A stretch of 64,000 nucleotides of DNA, taken from the NCBI GenBank assembly GCA_035691845.1, contig DASSIN010000272.1:936-64935 (forward strand), read 5' to 3'. Of this stretch, positions 9,767-18,896 are shown piece after piece. A model generated the notes under the pieces. It ran no database searches. It was not told the origin of the DNA and saw nothing but the letters and a program-made list of their open reading frames with translations. The position numbers and the translations under genes are program-made. This DNA comes from Candidatus Eiseniibacteriota bacterium. Its GTDB lineage: Bacteria > Eisenbacteria > RBG-16-71-46. Position 1 is the first letter of the stretch. Each line of letters opens with the position of its first letter.

Positions 9767-10597
9767 GTGATCGCGCTCGTGTTCTACCGGTTCGCCGACC
9801 TGATCGTGCGCTGGCTTCCGCCGCGGCTCGCGGACGGGCTGTCGGTGGCGGTGGCGCGCGCCGCATTCGTGCTGCGGCTGCCGCCGCGGCAGTGCCTGGA
9901 GCGCAACCTCGAGCGGCTGATGCAGGCTCCGGGAGAGGGCGCCGTGCGCGACCGCGCGCGCGAGGCGTACGACAACTTCGCACTCACGTTCACCGACTTC
10001 CTGCGCCTCGGCCATGCCGGCGGCGAGCGCCTGGCCGGCGCGGTCGAGGTGCACGGCGGCGAGCACCTGGAGGCGGCGCGCGCATCGGGGCGCGGGGTCA
10101 TCCTGCTGTCCGCCCACCTCGGCAACTGGGAGCTGGGCGCGGCCTGGCTCGCCTCGCGCGGCACGCCCGTCAACGTGGTGGCGCGCCCGCACTCGAGCCG
10201 CGTGGAGCGGTTCTTCGCCGCGCGCCGCCGCCGGCTCGGCGTGCGCATGCTGCCGGGGCGTCCGCTGTGGCGCGCCGCGGCCGCCGCGCTGCGCCGCCAC
10301 GAGTGGGTGGCCGTGATGGCGGACCGCGAGGCGACCGCGCACTTGGACGGCGACGTCGCCTCGCCGCGCCACTCCGCGTGCGCGTGGGCGTCGGCGCTCT
10401 CGCGCCGCACCGGCGCGCTGGTGCTGCCGGGCGTGATCGTGCGGCTGCCCGACCGCCGCTACGCCGCGTACTTCGACAAGCCCATGGAGCCGGAGGCGCT
10501 GCGCGACGACACGCACGTCGAGGCGCTCCGCCGCTGGGTGCGCCGCTTCCCCGGGCAGTGGTTCGCGTTCGAGCCGCTGCCGCGCGGCCTGGCCTGA
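9767..10597 (+). CDS. Lipid A biosynthesis (Kdo2-lipid IVA) acyltransferase, LpxL/HtrB family
   Basis: An N-terminal TM helix 'VIALVFYRFADLIVRWLPP' and the family motif 'ILLSAHLGNWELGAAWLA' are present. The GTG at 9767 is the first canonical in-frame start after the tRNA. Confidence 0.65.
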   Translation: MIALVFYRFADLIVRWLPPRLADGLSVAVARAAFVLRLPPRQCLERNLERLMQAPGEGAVRDRAREAYDNFALTFTDFLRLGHAGGERLAGAVEVHGGEHLEAARASGRGVILLSAHLGNWELGAAWLASRGTPVNVVARPHSSRVERFFAARRRRLGVRMLPGRPLWRAAAAALRRHEWVAVMADREATAHLDGDVASPRHSACAWASALSRRTGALVLPGVIVRLPDRRYAAYFDKPMEPEALRDDTHVEALRRWVRRFPGQWFAFEPLPRGLA

Positions 10598-10609
10598 CGG
10601 GGCGTTCGC

Positions 10610-11317
10610 ATGCGCCTGGCGGCGCTGATCCCCGCGTACCAGGCGGCCGCGCACGTGGGTGAGGTGATCGAGCGGCTCCATCGCCTGCCGTCGCCGCCCG
10701 ACGTGCTGGTCGTCGACGACGGCTCGCGCGACGCCACCGCGCAGGTGGCGCGCGCGTCGGGCGCGCGCGTGGTGAGCCTGGCGGGCAATCGCGGCAAGGG
10801 GAACGCGCTGCTCGAGGGCTTCCGTCATCTGCGAGACTACGACGCCGTGATCACGCTCGATGCCGACGCCCAGCATCCGCCCGAGTGCGTGCCGGAGTTC
10901 GTGCGCGCGGCCGAGGCGGGCGCCGATCTCGTGCTCGGCCGGCGCGCGCGCACGGCCGAGATGCCATGGACGCGGCGGTTCGCCAATGGCTTCTCGTCCG
11001 GCTGGGCCACCCGGCTGGCCGGCCAGACGGTGTCCGACAGCCAGTGCGGGTTCCGGCTGCACCGCCGTGCGGTGCTGGCGGCGACGCCGCTCACCCCCGG
11101 CCGCTACGAGGTCGAGTCCGAGATGGTGGTGCGCGCGGCGCGGCTCGGATTCCGGCTGGCCGAGGTGACGATCCCCACGGTGTACGGCGCCGAGAGCCAG
11201 ATCCGCACCGGGCGCGACGTGCCGAAGATCGTGGCCACGCTGGCGCGGCTGACGTGGGAGGGGTTCGTGCCTCCCGCGCCGATGCGCGCCGCCGCGCGCG
11301 CGGGGATCGCGCGATGA
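10610..11317 (+). CDS. Family 2 glycosyltransferase (DPM1-like)
   Basis: The GT-A fold motifs 'LIPAYQAAAHVGEVIERL', 'DVLVVDDGSRD' and 'LDADAQHPP' are present. Confidence 0.75.
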   Translation: MRLAALIPAYQAAAHVGEVIERLHRLPSPPDVLVVDDGSRDATAQVARASGARVVSLAGNRGKGNALLEGFRHLRDYDAVITLDADAQHPPECVPEFVRAAEAGADLVLGRRARTAEMPWTRRFANGFSSGWATRLAGQTVSDSQCGFRLHRRAVLAATPLTPGRYEVESEMVVRAARLGFRLAEVTIPTVYGAESQIRTGRDVPKIVATLARLTWEGFVPPAPMRAAARAGIAR

Positions 11318-12060
11318 AGATCCTCGTCACCAACGACGACGGCATTCACGCGCCGGCGCTGCTGCGGCTGCGCGAGGCGTTGAGTCCGCTCGGCGACGTG
11401 GTGATCGTGGCGCCCGACCGCGACCAGAGCGCCACCTCGCACTCGCTGACGCTGCATCGTCCGTTCCGCATCCAGCGTCACGACGACAACGTGTTCAGCG
11501 TGGACGGAACGCCCACCGATTGCGTGGTGACGGCGTGGTACGGTCTGCTGGACGGGACGCCCGATCTGGTGGTGTCCGGCATCAACCACGGGCCCAACAT
11601 GGGCGAGGACGTGTTCTACTCGGGCACGGTCGCGGCCGCCATCGAAGGCACGCTGCAGGGCGCGCCCTCCATCGCCGTATCGCTCGCCAGCCGCGCGCCG
11701 GCCGACTTCGTCGATCCCGCGCGCTGGGCGGCAGGGCTGGCGCGCGAGGTGCTGGATCATGGCCTGCCGCGGCGCCAGCTGCTGAACGTCAACATACCGA
11801 ACCGCCCTTGGAGCGAGCTCGGCGGAGTGCAGGTGACGCGGCTCGGCAGCCGCGTCTATCGCGACACGCTGGTGCGCAAGACCGACCCGCGCGGGCGCGA
11901 CTACTACTGGATCGGCGGCCAGGATCCGGTATGGGAATCGGTGGAGGGCACCGATTTCCACGCCGTCCACGCCGGCTGCATCTCGGTCACGCCGATGCGG
12001 CTCGATCTCACCGACGAGGACGCGCTCGTGGACATCGAACGATGGCGGCTTCGGATCTGA
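11314..12060 (+). CDS. surE: 5'/3'-nucleotidase SurE
   Basis: The N-terminus reads 'MKILVTNDDGIHAPALLRLREAL...VAPDRDQSATSHSLTLHRP'. The start overlaps the GT2 stop (ATGA). Confidence 0.9.
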   Translation: MKILVTNDDGIHAPALLRLREALSPLGDVVIVAPDRDQSATSHSLTLHRPFRIQRHDDNVFSVDGTPTDCVVTAWYGLLDGTPDLVVSGINHGPNMGEDVFYSGTVAAAIEGTLQGAPSIAVSLASRAPADFVDPARWAAGLAREVLDHGLPRRQLLNVNIPNRPWSELGGVQVTRLGSRVYRDTLVRKTDPRGRDYYWIGGQDPVWESVEGTDFHAVHAGCISVTPMRLDLTDEDALVDIERWRLRI

Positions 12061-12737
12061 ACCAGCCCCCCGAGGGGTTCCGCTTCGAGGCGGAGCGCGC
12101 GCGCATGGTGGACGACCTCGCGCGCCGCGGCATCCGCGATCCGCGCGTGCTCGATGGGATGCGGCGCATGCCGCGCCACCTGTTCGTCGACGAAACCCTC
12201 GAGCCCGAGGCCTACGGCGACACGCCGCTGCCGACGGCGGCGGGGCAGACCATCTCGCAGCCGTGGATGGTGGCGAGGATGCTCGAGCTGTCGGAGCTCG
12301 CCCCCTGGCATCGCGTGCTCGAGATCGGCACCGGCAGCGGCTACCAGACCGCGCTGCTGGCCGCGCTGGCGCGCGAGGTGTGGTCGGTGGAGCGCGTGCC
12401 CGAGCTGCTGGAACAGGCGCGCGCACGCATCGCCTACCTCGGCCTCGAGCACGTGCACCTGGCGCTCGGTGACGGCTCGCTCGGCTGGCCGGAGGCCGCC
12501 CCCTATGATAGGGTCCTCGTCGCCGCAGCGGCGCCCCGCGTCCCCGAAGCGTTGAAATCGCAGGTGGGGGAGCGGGGCCTCCTCGTGATACCCGTCGGCG
12601 GACCGAAGCTTCAGCACCTCGAGGTGTGGCGCCGGCAGCCCGACGGCACGTGGGGCTCCCGCCGGCACGGGGAATGCCGCTTCGTCCCGCTGCTCGGCCG
12701 TGAGGCCTGGCCCGAGCAACGGGAGCCTGCGGAATGA
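12042..12737 (+). CDS. pcm: Protein-L-isoaspartate O-methyltransferase
   Basis: Motifs 'GQTISQPWMVARMLE' and 'VLEIGTGSGYQTALLA' are present. The start overlaps the surE 3' end. surE-pcm is a classical synteny. Confidence 0.85.
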   Translation: MAASDLNQPPEGFRFEAERARMVDDLARRGIRDPRVLDGMRRMPRHLFVDETLEPEAYGDTPLPTAAGQTISQPWMVARMLELSELAPWHRVLEIGTGSGYQTALLAALAREVWSVERVPELLEQARARIAYLGLEHVHLALGDGSLGWPEAAPYDRVLVAAAAPRVPEALKSQVGERGLLVIPVGGPKLQHLEVWRRQPDGTWGSRRHGECRFVPLLGREAWPEQREPAE

Positions 12738-12745
12738 CGACACGT

Positions 12746-12822
<77 letters not shown>

Positions 12823-12879
12823 TTCTATTCTCCGGCGTCCCGCGCGCGTCGCGACGGAGGCGGCCGAGGCGTTGCCCGC

Positions 12880-13161
12880 ATGCCGCACGTCCACGTGGTG
12901 ATTCACGGACAGGTGCAGGGTGTGGGGTTCCGCGCGTTCGTCGCGCGTGAAGCGGCCGCGCTCGCGCTGGCGGGTGAGGTGCGCAACCGGGCGGACGGCA
13001 CCGTCGAGGTGCATGCGGAAGGGCCGCGTGCGGCGCTGGAAACGCTGGTCGGGCGCCTCGCCCAGGGCCCGCGCTTCGCGCGCGTGTCACATCAGGAGGT
13101 GACGTGGAGCGACGCGCCGCAAGGGCACGCGCGGCGGCGGCGGTTCGTGATCGCGCCGTGA
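12880..13161 (+). CDS. acyP: Acylphosphatase
   Basis: A 93-aa protein with the motif '[14 protein letters not shown]' and the later '[13 protein letters not shown]'. Confidence 0.8.
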   Translation: MPHVHVVIHGQVQGVGFRAFVAREAAALALAGEVRNRADGTVEVHAEGPRAALETLVGRLAQGPRFARVSHQEVTWSDAPQGHARRRRFVIAP

Positions 13162-13174
13162 GCGGGGTCCGCGG

Positions 13175-14245
13175 GTGACCGCGCCCGATCTCGTCCGCTA
13201 CCGCGACCGCTTGAGCGAGGCGCTGGAGCTGGGGCGGCGCCGCGGGGTGATCGAGCCGCGCGAGCTCGAGGCGCTGCTGCTCGATCCTGAGTTCGACCCC
13301 GCCGAGTTCGAGCGCTTCCGAGCCGAGGCCGGCGCCGCCGGCATCCGGCTGCCGGAGGGCCTGGAGCCCGATGAGGCCGGCGCCCTGCGCGACACGCCGG
13401 ACGAGCCGGGACGCGACCTGCTCGACTTGTACCTGGCCGAGATCGGTCGCGTGCCGCTGCTCGAGCACGAGGCGCTGCTCGCGCTCTCGACGCGCGCGCG
13501 CCGCGGCGACGGCGCGGCGCGCAAGCACATCATTCTCGCCAACCTGCGGCTCGTGGTGCACGTGGCGCGCAGCTACCGCCACCGCGGCCTGCCGATGCTC
13601 GATTTGATCGAGGAGGGCAACCTGGGGCTGATCGAGGCCGTGGACCGGTTCGACCCCACGCGCGGGCTCAGGTTCAGCACCTACGCCGCGCTGTGGATCC
13701 GGCAGTCGATCCTGCGCGGCATCGCCGAGCAGTCGCGCGCGGTGCGCATCCCGGTGCAGATGTTCCAGCAAGTGAGCCGGTTCGTGCGCGTGCAGCGCGC
13801 GCAGCGCGCCCGGCTCGGACGCGAGCCGGGCCTGGACACGATCGCGGCCGAGCTCGACATCTCGCTGGACCGCACGCAGCGGCTGGCCGCGCTGATGGGC
13901 GGCCTGCGCTCGCTGGACGAGGGCACCAGCGCCGAGGCGTTCGAGCAGCTGTCGTCGGAGGATCTGGCGGAGGCGCCGCCGTCGGTCGAGCGGCTGATCG
14001 AGCTGCAGCTCGAGCACGAGAAGGTGGACCGCCTGCTGCGCTCCCTGTCGCAGCGCGAGGAACAGGTGCTGCGCATCCGCTACGGGTTCCTGGACGGCGT
14101 GGCGCGAACGCTGGCGCAGACCGGCGACCACTTCGGCATCTCGCGCGAGCGCGTGCGCCAGATCGAGGCGCGCGCGCTCGACAAGCTGCGCAAGGCGATC
14201 GAGCTGCAGGAGCTGGACCGCGCCAGCGGGACGGTGGTGCAGTGA
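13175..14245 (+). CDS. RNA polymerase sigma factor, sigma-70 family (RpoD/RpoS-like)
   Basis: Region 2 'IEEGNLGLIEAVDRFDPTRGLRFSTYAALWIRQSI' and region 4 'LDGVARTLAQTGDHFGISRERVRQIEARAL' are present. Its position after surE-pcm mirrors rpoS in E. coli. Confidence 0.85.
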   Translation: MTAPDLVRYRDRLSEALELGRRRGVIEPRELEALLLDPEFDPAEFERFRAEAGAAGIRLPEGLEPDEAGALRDTPDEPGRDLLDLYLAEIGRVPLLEHEALLALSTRARRGDGAARKHIILANLRLVVHVARSYRHRGLPMLDLIEEGNLGLIEAVDRFDPTRGLRFSTYAALWIRQSILRGIAEQSRAVRIPVQMFQQVSRFVRVQRAQRARLGREPGLDTIAAELDISLDRTQRLAALMGGLRSLDEGTSAEAFEQLSSEDLAEAPPSVERLIELQLEHEKVDRLLRSLSQREEQVLRIRYGFLDGVARTLAQTGDHFGISRERVRQIEARALDKLRKAIELQELDRASGTVVQ

Positions 14246-14829
14246 GCGCCGAGCGCGGCGCGGGCGCGGCGGGCGCACCCGCCCGGGGAGCCGTCCCAGG
14301 CTCGGGTGCGCTCGATCTGGCGGCATTCGTTCGCGACGTGCCCGACTTCCCGCGTGCGGGCATCCTGTTCAAGGACATCACGCCGCTGTTGCACTCGCCC
14401 GATGCGCTGGCCGAGTCGGTGCGCCGGCTCGCGGCCTCCGCGCCGCGCCCCGACGCGGTGGTGGCGATCGAATCGCGCGGGTTCGTGTTCGGCACCGGGC
14501 TCGCGCTCCACTGGGGCGTGCCGTTCGTGCCGGCGCGCAAGTTCGGCAAGCTGCCGGGGCGGACCGTGCACCAGACCTACGCGCTCGAGTACGGCGAGGA
14601 CCGGCTCGAGCTGCACGCCGACGCCCTGGCGCCGGGTCAGCGGGTGGCGATCGTGGACGACCTGCTCGCCACCGGCGGCACCGCGCTCGCGACGGTGCGG
14701 CTGGTGGAACAGCTGGGGGCGGTGACCGAGTCGCTGCTGTTCGTGATCGAGCTCGAGGGCCTGGGCGGGAGGGAGCGGCTCGCGCCCCATCGCGTCGAGG
14801 CCCTGCTCCGGTTTCAGGTCACGCAGTAG
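14242..14829 (+). CDS. apt: Adenine phosphoribosyltransferase
   Basis: Motifs 'VPDFPRAGILFKDITPLL' and the PRPP site 'VAIVDDLLATGGT' are present. The GTG start overlaps the sigma stop. It is the only canonical in-frame start, so the N-terminal extension of about 25 aa is uncertain. Confidence 0.8.
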   Translation: MSAERGAGAAGAPARGAVPGSGALDLAAFVRDVPDFPRAGILFKDITPLLHSPDALAESVRRLAASAPRPDAVVAIESRGFVFGTGLALHWGVPFVPARKFGKLPGRTVHQTYALEYGEDRLELHADALAPGQRVAIVDDLLATGGTALATVRLVEQLGAVTESLLFVIELEGLGGRERLAPHRVEALLRFQVTQ

Positions 14830-14904
14830 GCCGGGGCCGGACGGCCGTCACCGGGGCGCGTTGCCAGGATGGCGGAGGGCCGCTCCTTCCGCGGCGGGAT
14901 CCGC

Positions 14905-14939
14905 CTGAAAACGCCGAGGGGGCGGCTTGCGCCGCCCCC
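14905..14939 (-). terminator. Rho-independent terminator downstream of cspA (minus strand)
   Basis: A perfect 9-bp stem gggggcggc/gccgccccc encloses a 4-nt loop. On the minus strand it is followed by TCGGCGTTTTCAGG. It lies 27 nt after the cspA stop. Confidence 0.6.
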
Positions 14940-14965
14940 CGTTCGTGATGTGGTACCTCGGGCGA

Positions 14966-15166
14966 TCAGGCCCGGCGGACGTTCGAGGCCTGCAGGCCCT
15001 TCGGTCCCCGGGTCACGTCGAACTCGACAGCCTCACCCTCGGCGAGCGTCTTGAACCCATCGGCCTGAATGGCCGAAAAGTGCACGAACACGTCCTCGCC
15101 ACCCTCCTGCGAGATGAAGCCGAAACCCTTCGCCTCGTTGAACCACTTCACCGTACCACGAGCCAC
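14966..15166 (-). CDS. Cold-shock protein (CspA family, CSD)
   Basis: A 66-aa product with RNP1/RNP2 motifs '[15 protein letters not shown]' and 'VFVHFSAI'. A GTG start follows an AAGGAG RBS 6-7 nt upstream. It is the C-terminal part of the spurious ORF 14966..15775. Confidence 0.9.
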   Translation of the reverse strand: MARGTVKWFNEAKGFGFISQEGGEDVFVHFSAIQADGFKTLAEGEAVEFDVTRGPKGLQASNVRRA

Positions 15167-15268
15167 TTGGATGCTCCTTGACTGCGGGTCACTGCGACCC
15201 AACCTGCTGCCGTCCAACTCACACGACGGCGGTGTCCCGGCCACTCTGGCCGAATCCCGGACTCCCAT

Positions 15269-15297
15269 GAAAAAACCGCCAAGTGCTCCCTGGCGGT
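15269..15297 (-). terminator. Orphan terminator-like hairpin plus T-run on the minus strand, about 100 nt upstream of cspA
   Basis: Read on the minus strand, a 7-bp stem accgcca/tggcggt with a 9-nt loop is followed by TTTTTT. No annotated minus-strand gene ends within 1 kb upstream. Confidence 0.35.
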
Positions 15298-15583
15298 TGT
15301 GAACACGAAGTTCATCCATCCACGGGCGACCGAAGACGGTCCTGAATATGCACCGCGCGCCCCCGAAAAGGCAAGCGACCCCGGCCGGGCACGGACCCTG
15401 CCGGCGGATGGGCGGCCACCGGCCGAACTCCGCGCGCCGCCGCCCCTTGCGGCCGAAAACCCCTGGCGGCCGGTGCATCGCGGGCGTACCATGCGCGGCG
15501 GGCGGCCCTCCGGGGACCGCACGGAACGGGCGCACGATGCGCCCCGCGGCACCCGCCGCCGATCGTTCGCAGGGAGGCGTTCG

Positions 15584-15763
15584 ATGAATCACGTGTTCCG
15601 CTTCACGCTGTGGCTGTTCGCGTTGCTGCTTCCGGCGCTGGCGGCCGTGAGCGCGGCGAGTCGCGCGCCGCTGCTCACCGCTCCGACGGTGCGCCACATC
15701 GATCTTCCGCTCCACGCCTTGACCCACGTTTCCACGGTCCAGCATCCGGCCGTCGTGCACTGA
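15584..15763 (+). CDS. Small putative secreted protein (59 aa), weakly supported
   Basis: A GGGAGG RBS precedes the ATG. The N-terminus '[28 protein letters not shown]' looks like a signal peptide. There is no homology clue. Confidence 0.25.
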   Translation: MNHVFRFTLWLFALLLPALAAVSAASRAPLLTAPTVRHIDLPLHALTHVSTVQHPAVVH

Positions 15764-15825
15764 CGAGGGCCACACGCCGGACGCGGCCGCCTGCGCGATG
15801 CGGGCGGCCGCGTTACAATTTCCGC

Positions 15826-16299
15826 ATGAAGCCCGGCGTCATCATCCGGCTGGCGGTGCTCGCCGGCGGCCTCGCGCTGGTCGCGGGCCGCGCGGATGCC
15901 GCTTCGCGCTTCTCCACGCCGCGCACGTTCACCTGAGCGGGCGACGCGGTCCCGTCGGGACCGGTGGTGGATCCCGATTTCGCGCTGTTCCACATGCAGC
16001 GCGCGCTGTGGGATCCGGTCGATCCGGCCGCGCTGGGATCGCTCGCCCCCAACCTGCGCGCGCGCGTCAACGGCGAGATCTACCGGTTCGCGAACCCGCA
16101 CACGCTCGAGCGCTTCGTGGCGGCGCCCGTGTTGTACTGCGGCCTGCTGCGCGATCCGGTCACGGGTGCCAGGTTCTGGCCGTCGACGCACTCGCCACGC
16201 CTGCAGTGGAGGGACGGCCCGTATTTCTTCGCCAGCGATTCCACGCGCCAGGCGTTCGCGGCCGCGCCCTCGAAATACGAGGTGCGCCGCGATCTGTAG
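15826..16299 (+). pseudogene. Signal peptide ORF (15826..15936) followed in the same frame, after a TGA stop at 15934..15936, by a tandem cysteine-less YHS-like domain ORF (15964..16299)
   Basis: Both ORFs are in frame 1. '[27 protein letters not shown]' looks like a signal peptide. The downstream ORF has two repeats resembling the YHS domain ('DPV.G.......YFFAS....F.A.P.KY') but lacks the Cys ligands. Confidence 0.4.
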
Positions 16300-16302
16300 C
16301 CG

Positions 16303-17553
16303 TCAGGCGGCCTGCTCCTCGGGCGGCTTCAGATTCCGGAACGCGCGATACAGCAGCACGTCGTACGCGATCTTCATGGCCGCGCCGAGGTAGAGCGGCA
16401 CGGCCAGCGCGGGGCCGCGCATCACGAGGCCGGCCAGCGCCGGCGCCACCGCCCAGCCGGCGAGCCGCACCAGCAGCGTGACGCCGTTGGCGAACGTGCG
16501 CTCCCCGGGCTCGACCACGGCCAGCACGTACGACGAGCGCGTGGGCACGTCCATCTCGACCAGCGACTCGCGCAACAGGAACAGCGCCGCCGCGACGCCG
16601 AAGCTGGGTGCGATGCCGACGGTGAGCAGCAGCAGGCTCGAGGGCAGATGGGTGAACACCATCGTGTTGACGAGCCCGATGCGGCGCGCCAGCCACGCGG
16701 CGCCGAGGTGCGACAGCGCATTCGCCACGCGCGCGCCGAAGAACAGCAGGCTCACGGCCCCGAGTCCGGCGTGAAAGCGCTCGAAGAAGAACCAGCCCAG
16801 CAGTGCCGTGGTCAGGAACCCTCCGCCCAGGCTGTCGAGCGCGAACAGCGAGGAGATCTGCCACAGCACGCGCCGGGTGCGCGGCGTGATCGGCGCGCGC
16901 GAGGCGCCCGTGTCCGTCACCCGCATCGGAATGCGCGGATACAGCAGCAGCGAGGCCAGGAACAGCGCGGCATACAGCGCGAACGCGCCGCGGTCGGCGG
17001 TGGCCGCGGGCGCGGCGTGCACCCGCACGATCAGCACCGGCAGCCCGGCCAGCGCGGCGCCGAGCGCGTGGCCGGCGTCCTGCGCCACGCTGTACCAGGC
17101 GAGCGCCGCGGTGCGGCCGCTCGCGCCGGTGGTGGCGGGCAGCAACGCCTGCTCGATCACGAGCGCCGCGCCGCGGTCGCGGCCCATGCCGTTCACGAGC
17201 CCGAGGAACGCCACCAGCACGAGCCCCCACGCGCCGCTCACGAACATCAGCCCAACGCCGCCGGCCGCGGCCAGCGCGGCGCTCGCCAGCAGCACGTGGC
17301 GCGGGGCATTGCGGGCCCACGTGGTGGCGAACAGCGTGGCGAGCGCGCCGCCCGCCAGCCCGGCGGCCACCACGAACCCGCTGGCGGCCGCGCCGATGCC
17401 GAGCTGCGCCAGGTGGACGCCCAGCAGCACGCCCACCATGCCGATCGCGAGCGCGCGCAGGAACGCGGCGGCGTAGAGCAGCCGCCGCGCCCGCGCCGGA
17501 TCGGCGGTGGCGGCGTCGGCGGGGGGCGCGATACCGGCGGAGGGGGCGTGCAC
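16303..17553 (-). CDS. MFS transporter
   Basis: The 416-aa C-terminal part of ORF 16303..18765 has about 12 predicted TM helices and MFS-like loops ('GLVNGMGRDRGAAL'). A GTG start is inferred; the upstream 400 aa of the ORF is Arg-rich artefact overlapping the outer-membrane protein gene. Confidence 0.8.
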   Translation of the reverse strand: MHAPSAGIAPPADAATADPARARRLLYAAAFLRALAIGMVGVLLGVHLAQLGIGAAASGFVVAAGLAGGALATLFATTWARNAPRHVLLASAALAAAGGVGLMFVSGAWGLVLVAFLGLVNGMGRDRGAALVIEQALLPATTGASGRTAALAWYSVAQDAGHALGAALAGLPVLIVRVHAAPAATADRGAFALYAALFLASLLLYPRIPMRVTDTGASRAPITPRTRRVLWQISSLFALDSLGGGFLTTALLGWFFFERFHAGLGAVSLLFFGARVANALSHLGAAWLARRIGLVNTMVFTHLPSSLLLLTVGIAPSFGVAAALFLLRESLVEMDVPTRSSYVLAVVEPGERTFANGVTLLVRLAGWAVAPALAGLVMRGPALAVPLYLGAAMKIAYDVLLYRAFRNLKPPEEQAA

Positions 17554-17591
17554 GGCGGCATTGTGCCACGCGCGGAGCGGCGGCGCGCGGG

Positions 17592-18809
17592 TCAGAACGC
17601 GATCGAGAGCTGCGCCCCCACCAGCGCGACGCGCGTCCGGCCGAGCACGGGCTGCCCGTAGCGCGTCTGCTGCCACACCAGCTTGGCCGTGGCGTTGCGG
17701 TCGAAGCGATAGCCGGCGCCCGCTTCGACGCGGCGCGCGTTGGCGTCCCACGCGCGGCGTGCCCCCGTGGAATCGGTGATGTCCGCGAACGTGATCGCAT
17801 CCCAGCGGCCGGCCAGATAGGCGCCGAACGCGAACGCGTACTTCAGCTCGGCGTAGCCGCTCGACACGCCCAGCGCGCCCAGTGTCGGCGTCTTCCACAC
17901 GTTGCGCGCGCCCTCGGCGCGCAGCTCGACGTGGCCCGCCAGCAGCTCGGCGTCGGCCATGCCGAGCTCCTGCGGGTAGTCGTCTGGCGACTTGCCGGGC
18001 GGCAGGCGTTTCGTGACGCCCTGCACGAGGTAGGGGCCGTAGGCGCCCGACACGCCGAGCCGCACGCCGGGCAGCGGCGCTAGGCCGAGCCGCCCGAGCA
18101 CGGACTTGCCGGTGTTGTCGTCCTCCGACGTGCTGCCCCAGCTCGGCGCGCCGGCCGCCACGCCGAGCGCGTACTCCAGCGGACGCGCGCTGCCCGACAG
18201 CGTGGCGGACACGTCCCAGTACGAATCGTCCACGATCGCCATGCCGCGTCCCTGGCCGCCGAAGTAGTCGGTGGACGCCTGGCCGGCACCGGACAGCGAC
18301 AGCAGCTTGTCGGCGTTGGGCGGAATCTCGTACCACAGCAGCGTGGAGTGGTACTGGTACATCAGCGGGCAGCCGATCAGCGGATTGCGATCCGAATACG
18401 TGCGTGGCGCCCACGTGCCGATCGCCCACGGCTGCTTGCCCGCCTGCAGATGGAGATCGCGCTCCGGCTGCGGCGTGAACGTCAGGTAGGCGCCGTCCAC
18501 GTACGGCGCGGTGGCGTCGCGCAGCACGAGCTGGGTGAACACCTGGAGGCGCGGATTCAGCGTGGCGTCGGCGAACGCGCGCAGGCCGTAGCCGTCGAAC
18601 GGCGAGTCGCCCCGCATCAGCAGATTGCTCTCGAACGCCGCGCCGCGCTCGGCAGCCACGACGTCGAGCAGTCCGTGGAAGTGGAACTGGGTGTCGGCGA
18701 TCGCCGGGCGGGATCCGGTGAGCGCGGCGGGAGCTGCGATCCACGTCGCGAGCACGGGGATCCACGTCGCGATCCGAGGCCTTCGGCGCACGGGCTCCTC
18801 CATGAGCAT
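17592..18809 (-). CDS. Outer-membrane beta-barrel protein (porin-like)
   Basis: A signal peptide 'RIATWIPVLATWIAAPAALTGSRPAIA' is present. The sequence has alternating amphipathic character and ends in the terminal aromatic 'LSIAF', typical of outer-membrane beta-barrel proteins. It lies 38 nt upstream of the MFS gene. Confidence 0.6.
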   Translation of the reverse strand: MLMEEPVRRRPRIATWIPVLATWIAAPAALTGSRPAIADTQFHFHGLLDVVAAERGAAFESNLLMRGDSPFDGYGLRAFADATLNPRLQVFTQLVLRDATAPYVDGAYLTFTPQPERDLHLQAGKQPWAIGTWAPRTYSDRNPLIGCPLMYQYHSTLLWYEIPPNADKLLSLSGAGQASTDYFGGQGRGMAIVDDSYWDVSATLSGSARPLEYALGVAAGAPSWGSTSEDDNTGKSVLGRLGLAPLPGVRLGVSGAYGPYLVQGVTKRLPPGKSPDDYPQELGMADAELLAGHVELRAEGARNVWKTPTLGALGVSSGYAELKYAFAFGAYLAGRWDAITFADITDSTGARRAWDANARRVEAGAGYRFDRNATAKLVWQQTRYGQPVLGRTRVALVGAQLSIAF

Positions 18810-18896
18810 CGGGCCTGGCCCGCGGCCGCGGTCAGGCGTGGTCGTCCGAAGTGATCGGCACGCCCCGATCCGCGCTTGAGCGTGTTCTGGGGACCG

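Noticed and set aside
15934-15936. In-frame TGA as a selenocysteine codon
   Set aside because: No SECIS-like hairpin is obvious in the next 60 nt. The flanking protein is not a known selenoprotein family, and no selA/selB/selD genes appear in the window. Nonsense pseudogene or sequencing error is more parsimonious.
15589-16191. 200-aa minus-strand ORF upstream of the orphan terminator
   Set aside because: It is Arg-rich and antisense to the plus-strand small ORFs, with no RBS or motif. It is not a credible source for the transcript ended by the 15269-15297 terminator.
16303-18765. 820-aa minus-strand ORF
   Set aside because: Only the C-terminal 416 aa (16303..17553) encode an MFS transporter. 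The N-terminal 400 aa are Arg-rich and overlap, in another frame, the well-formed outer-membrane-protein gene (17592..18809), which has a signal peptide and a C-terminal Phe.
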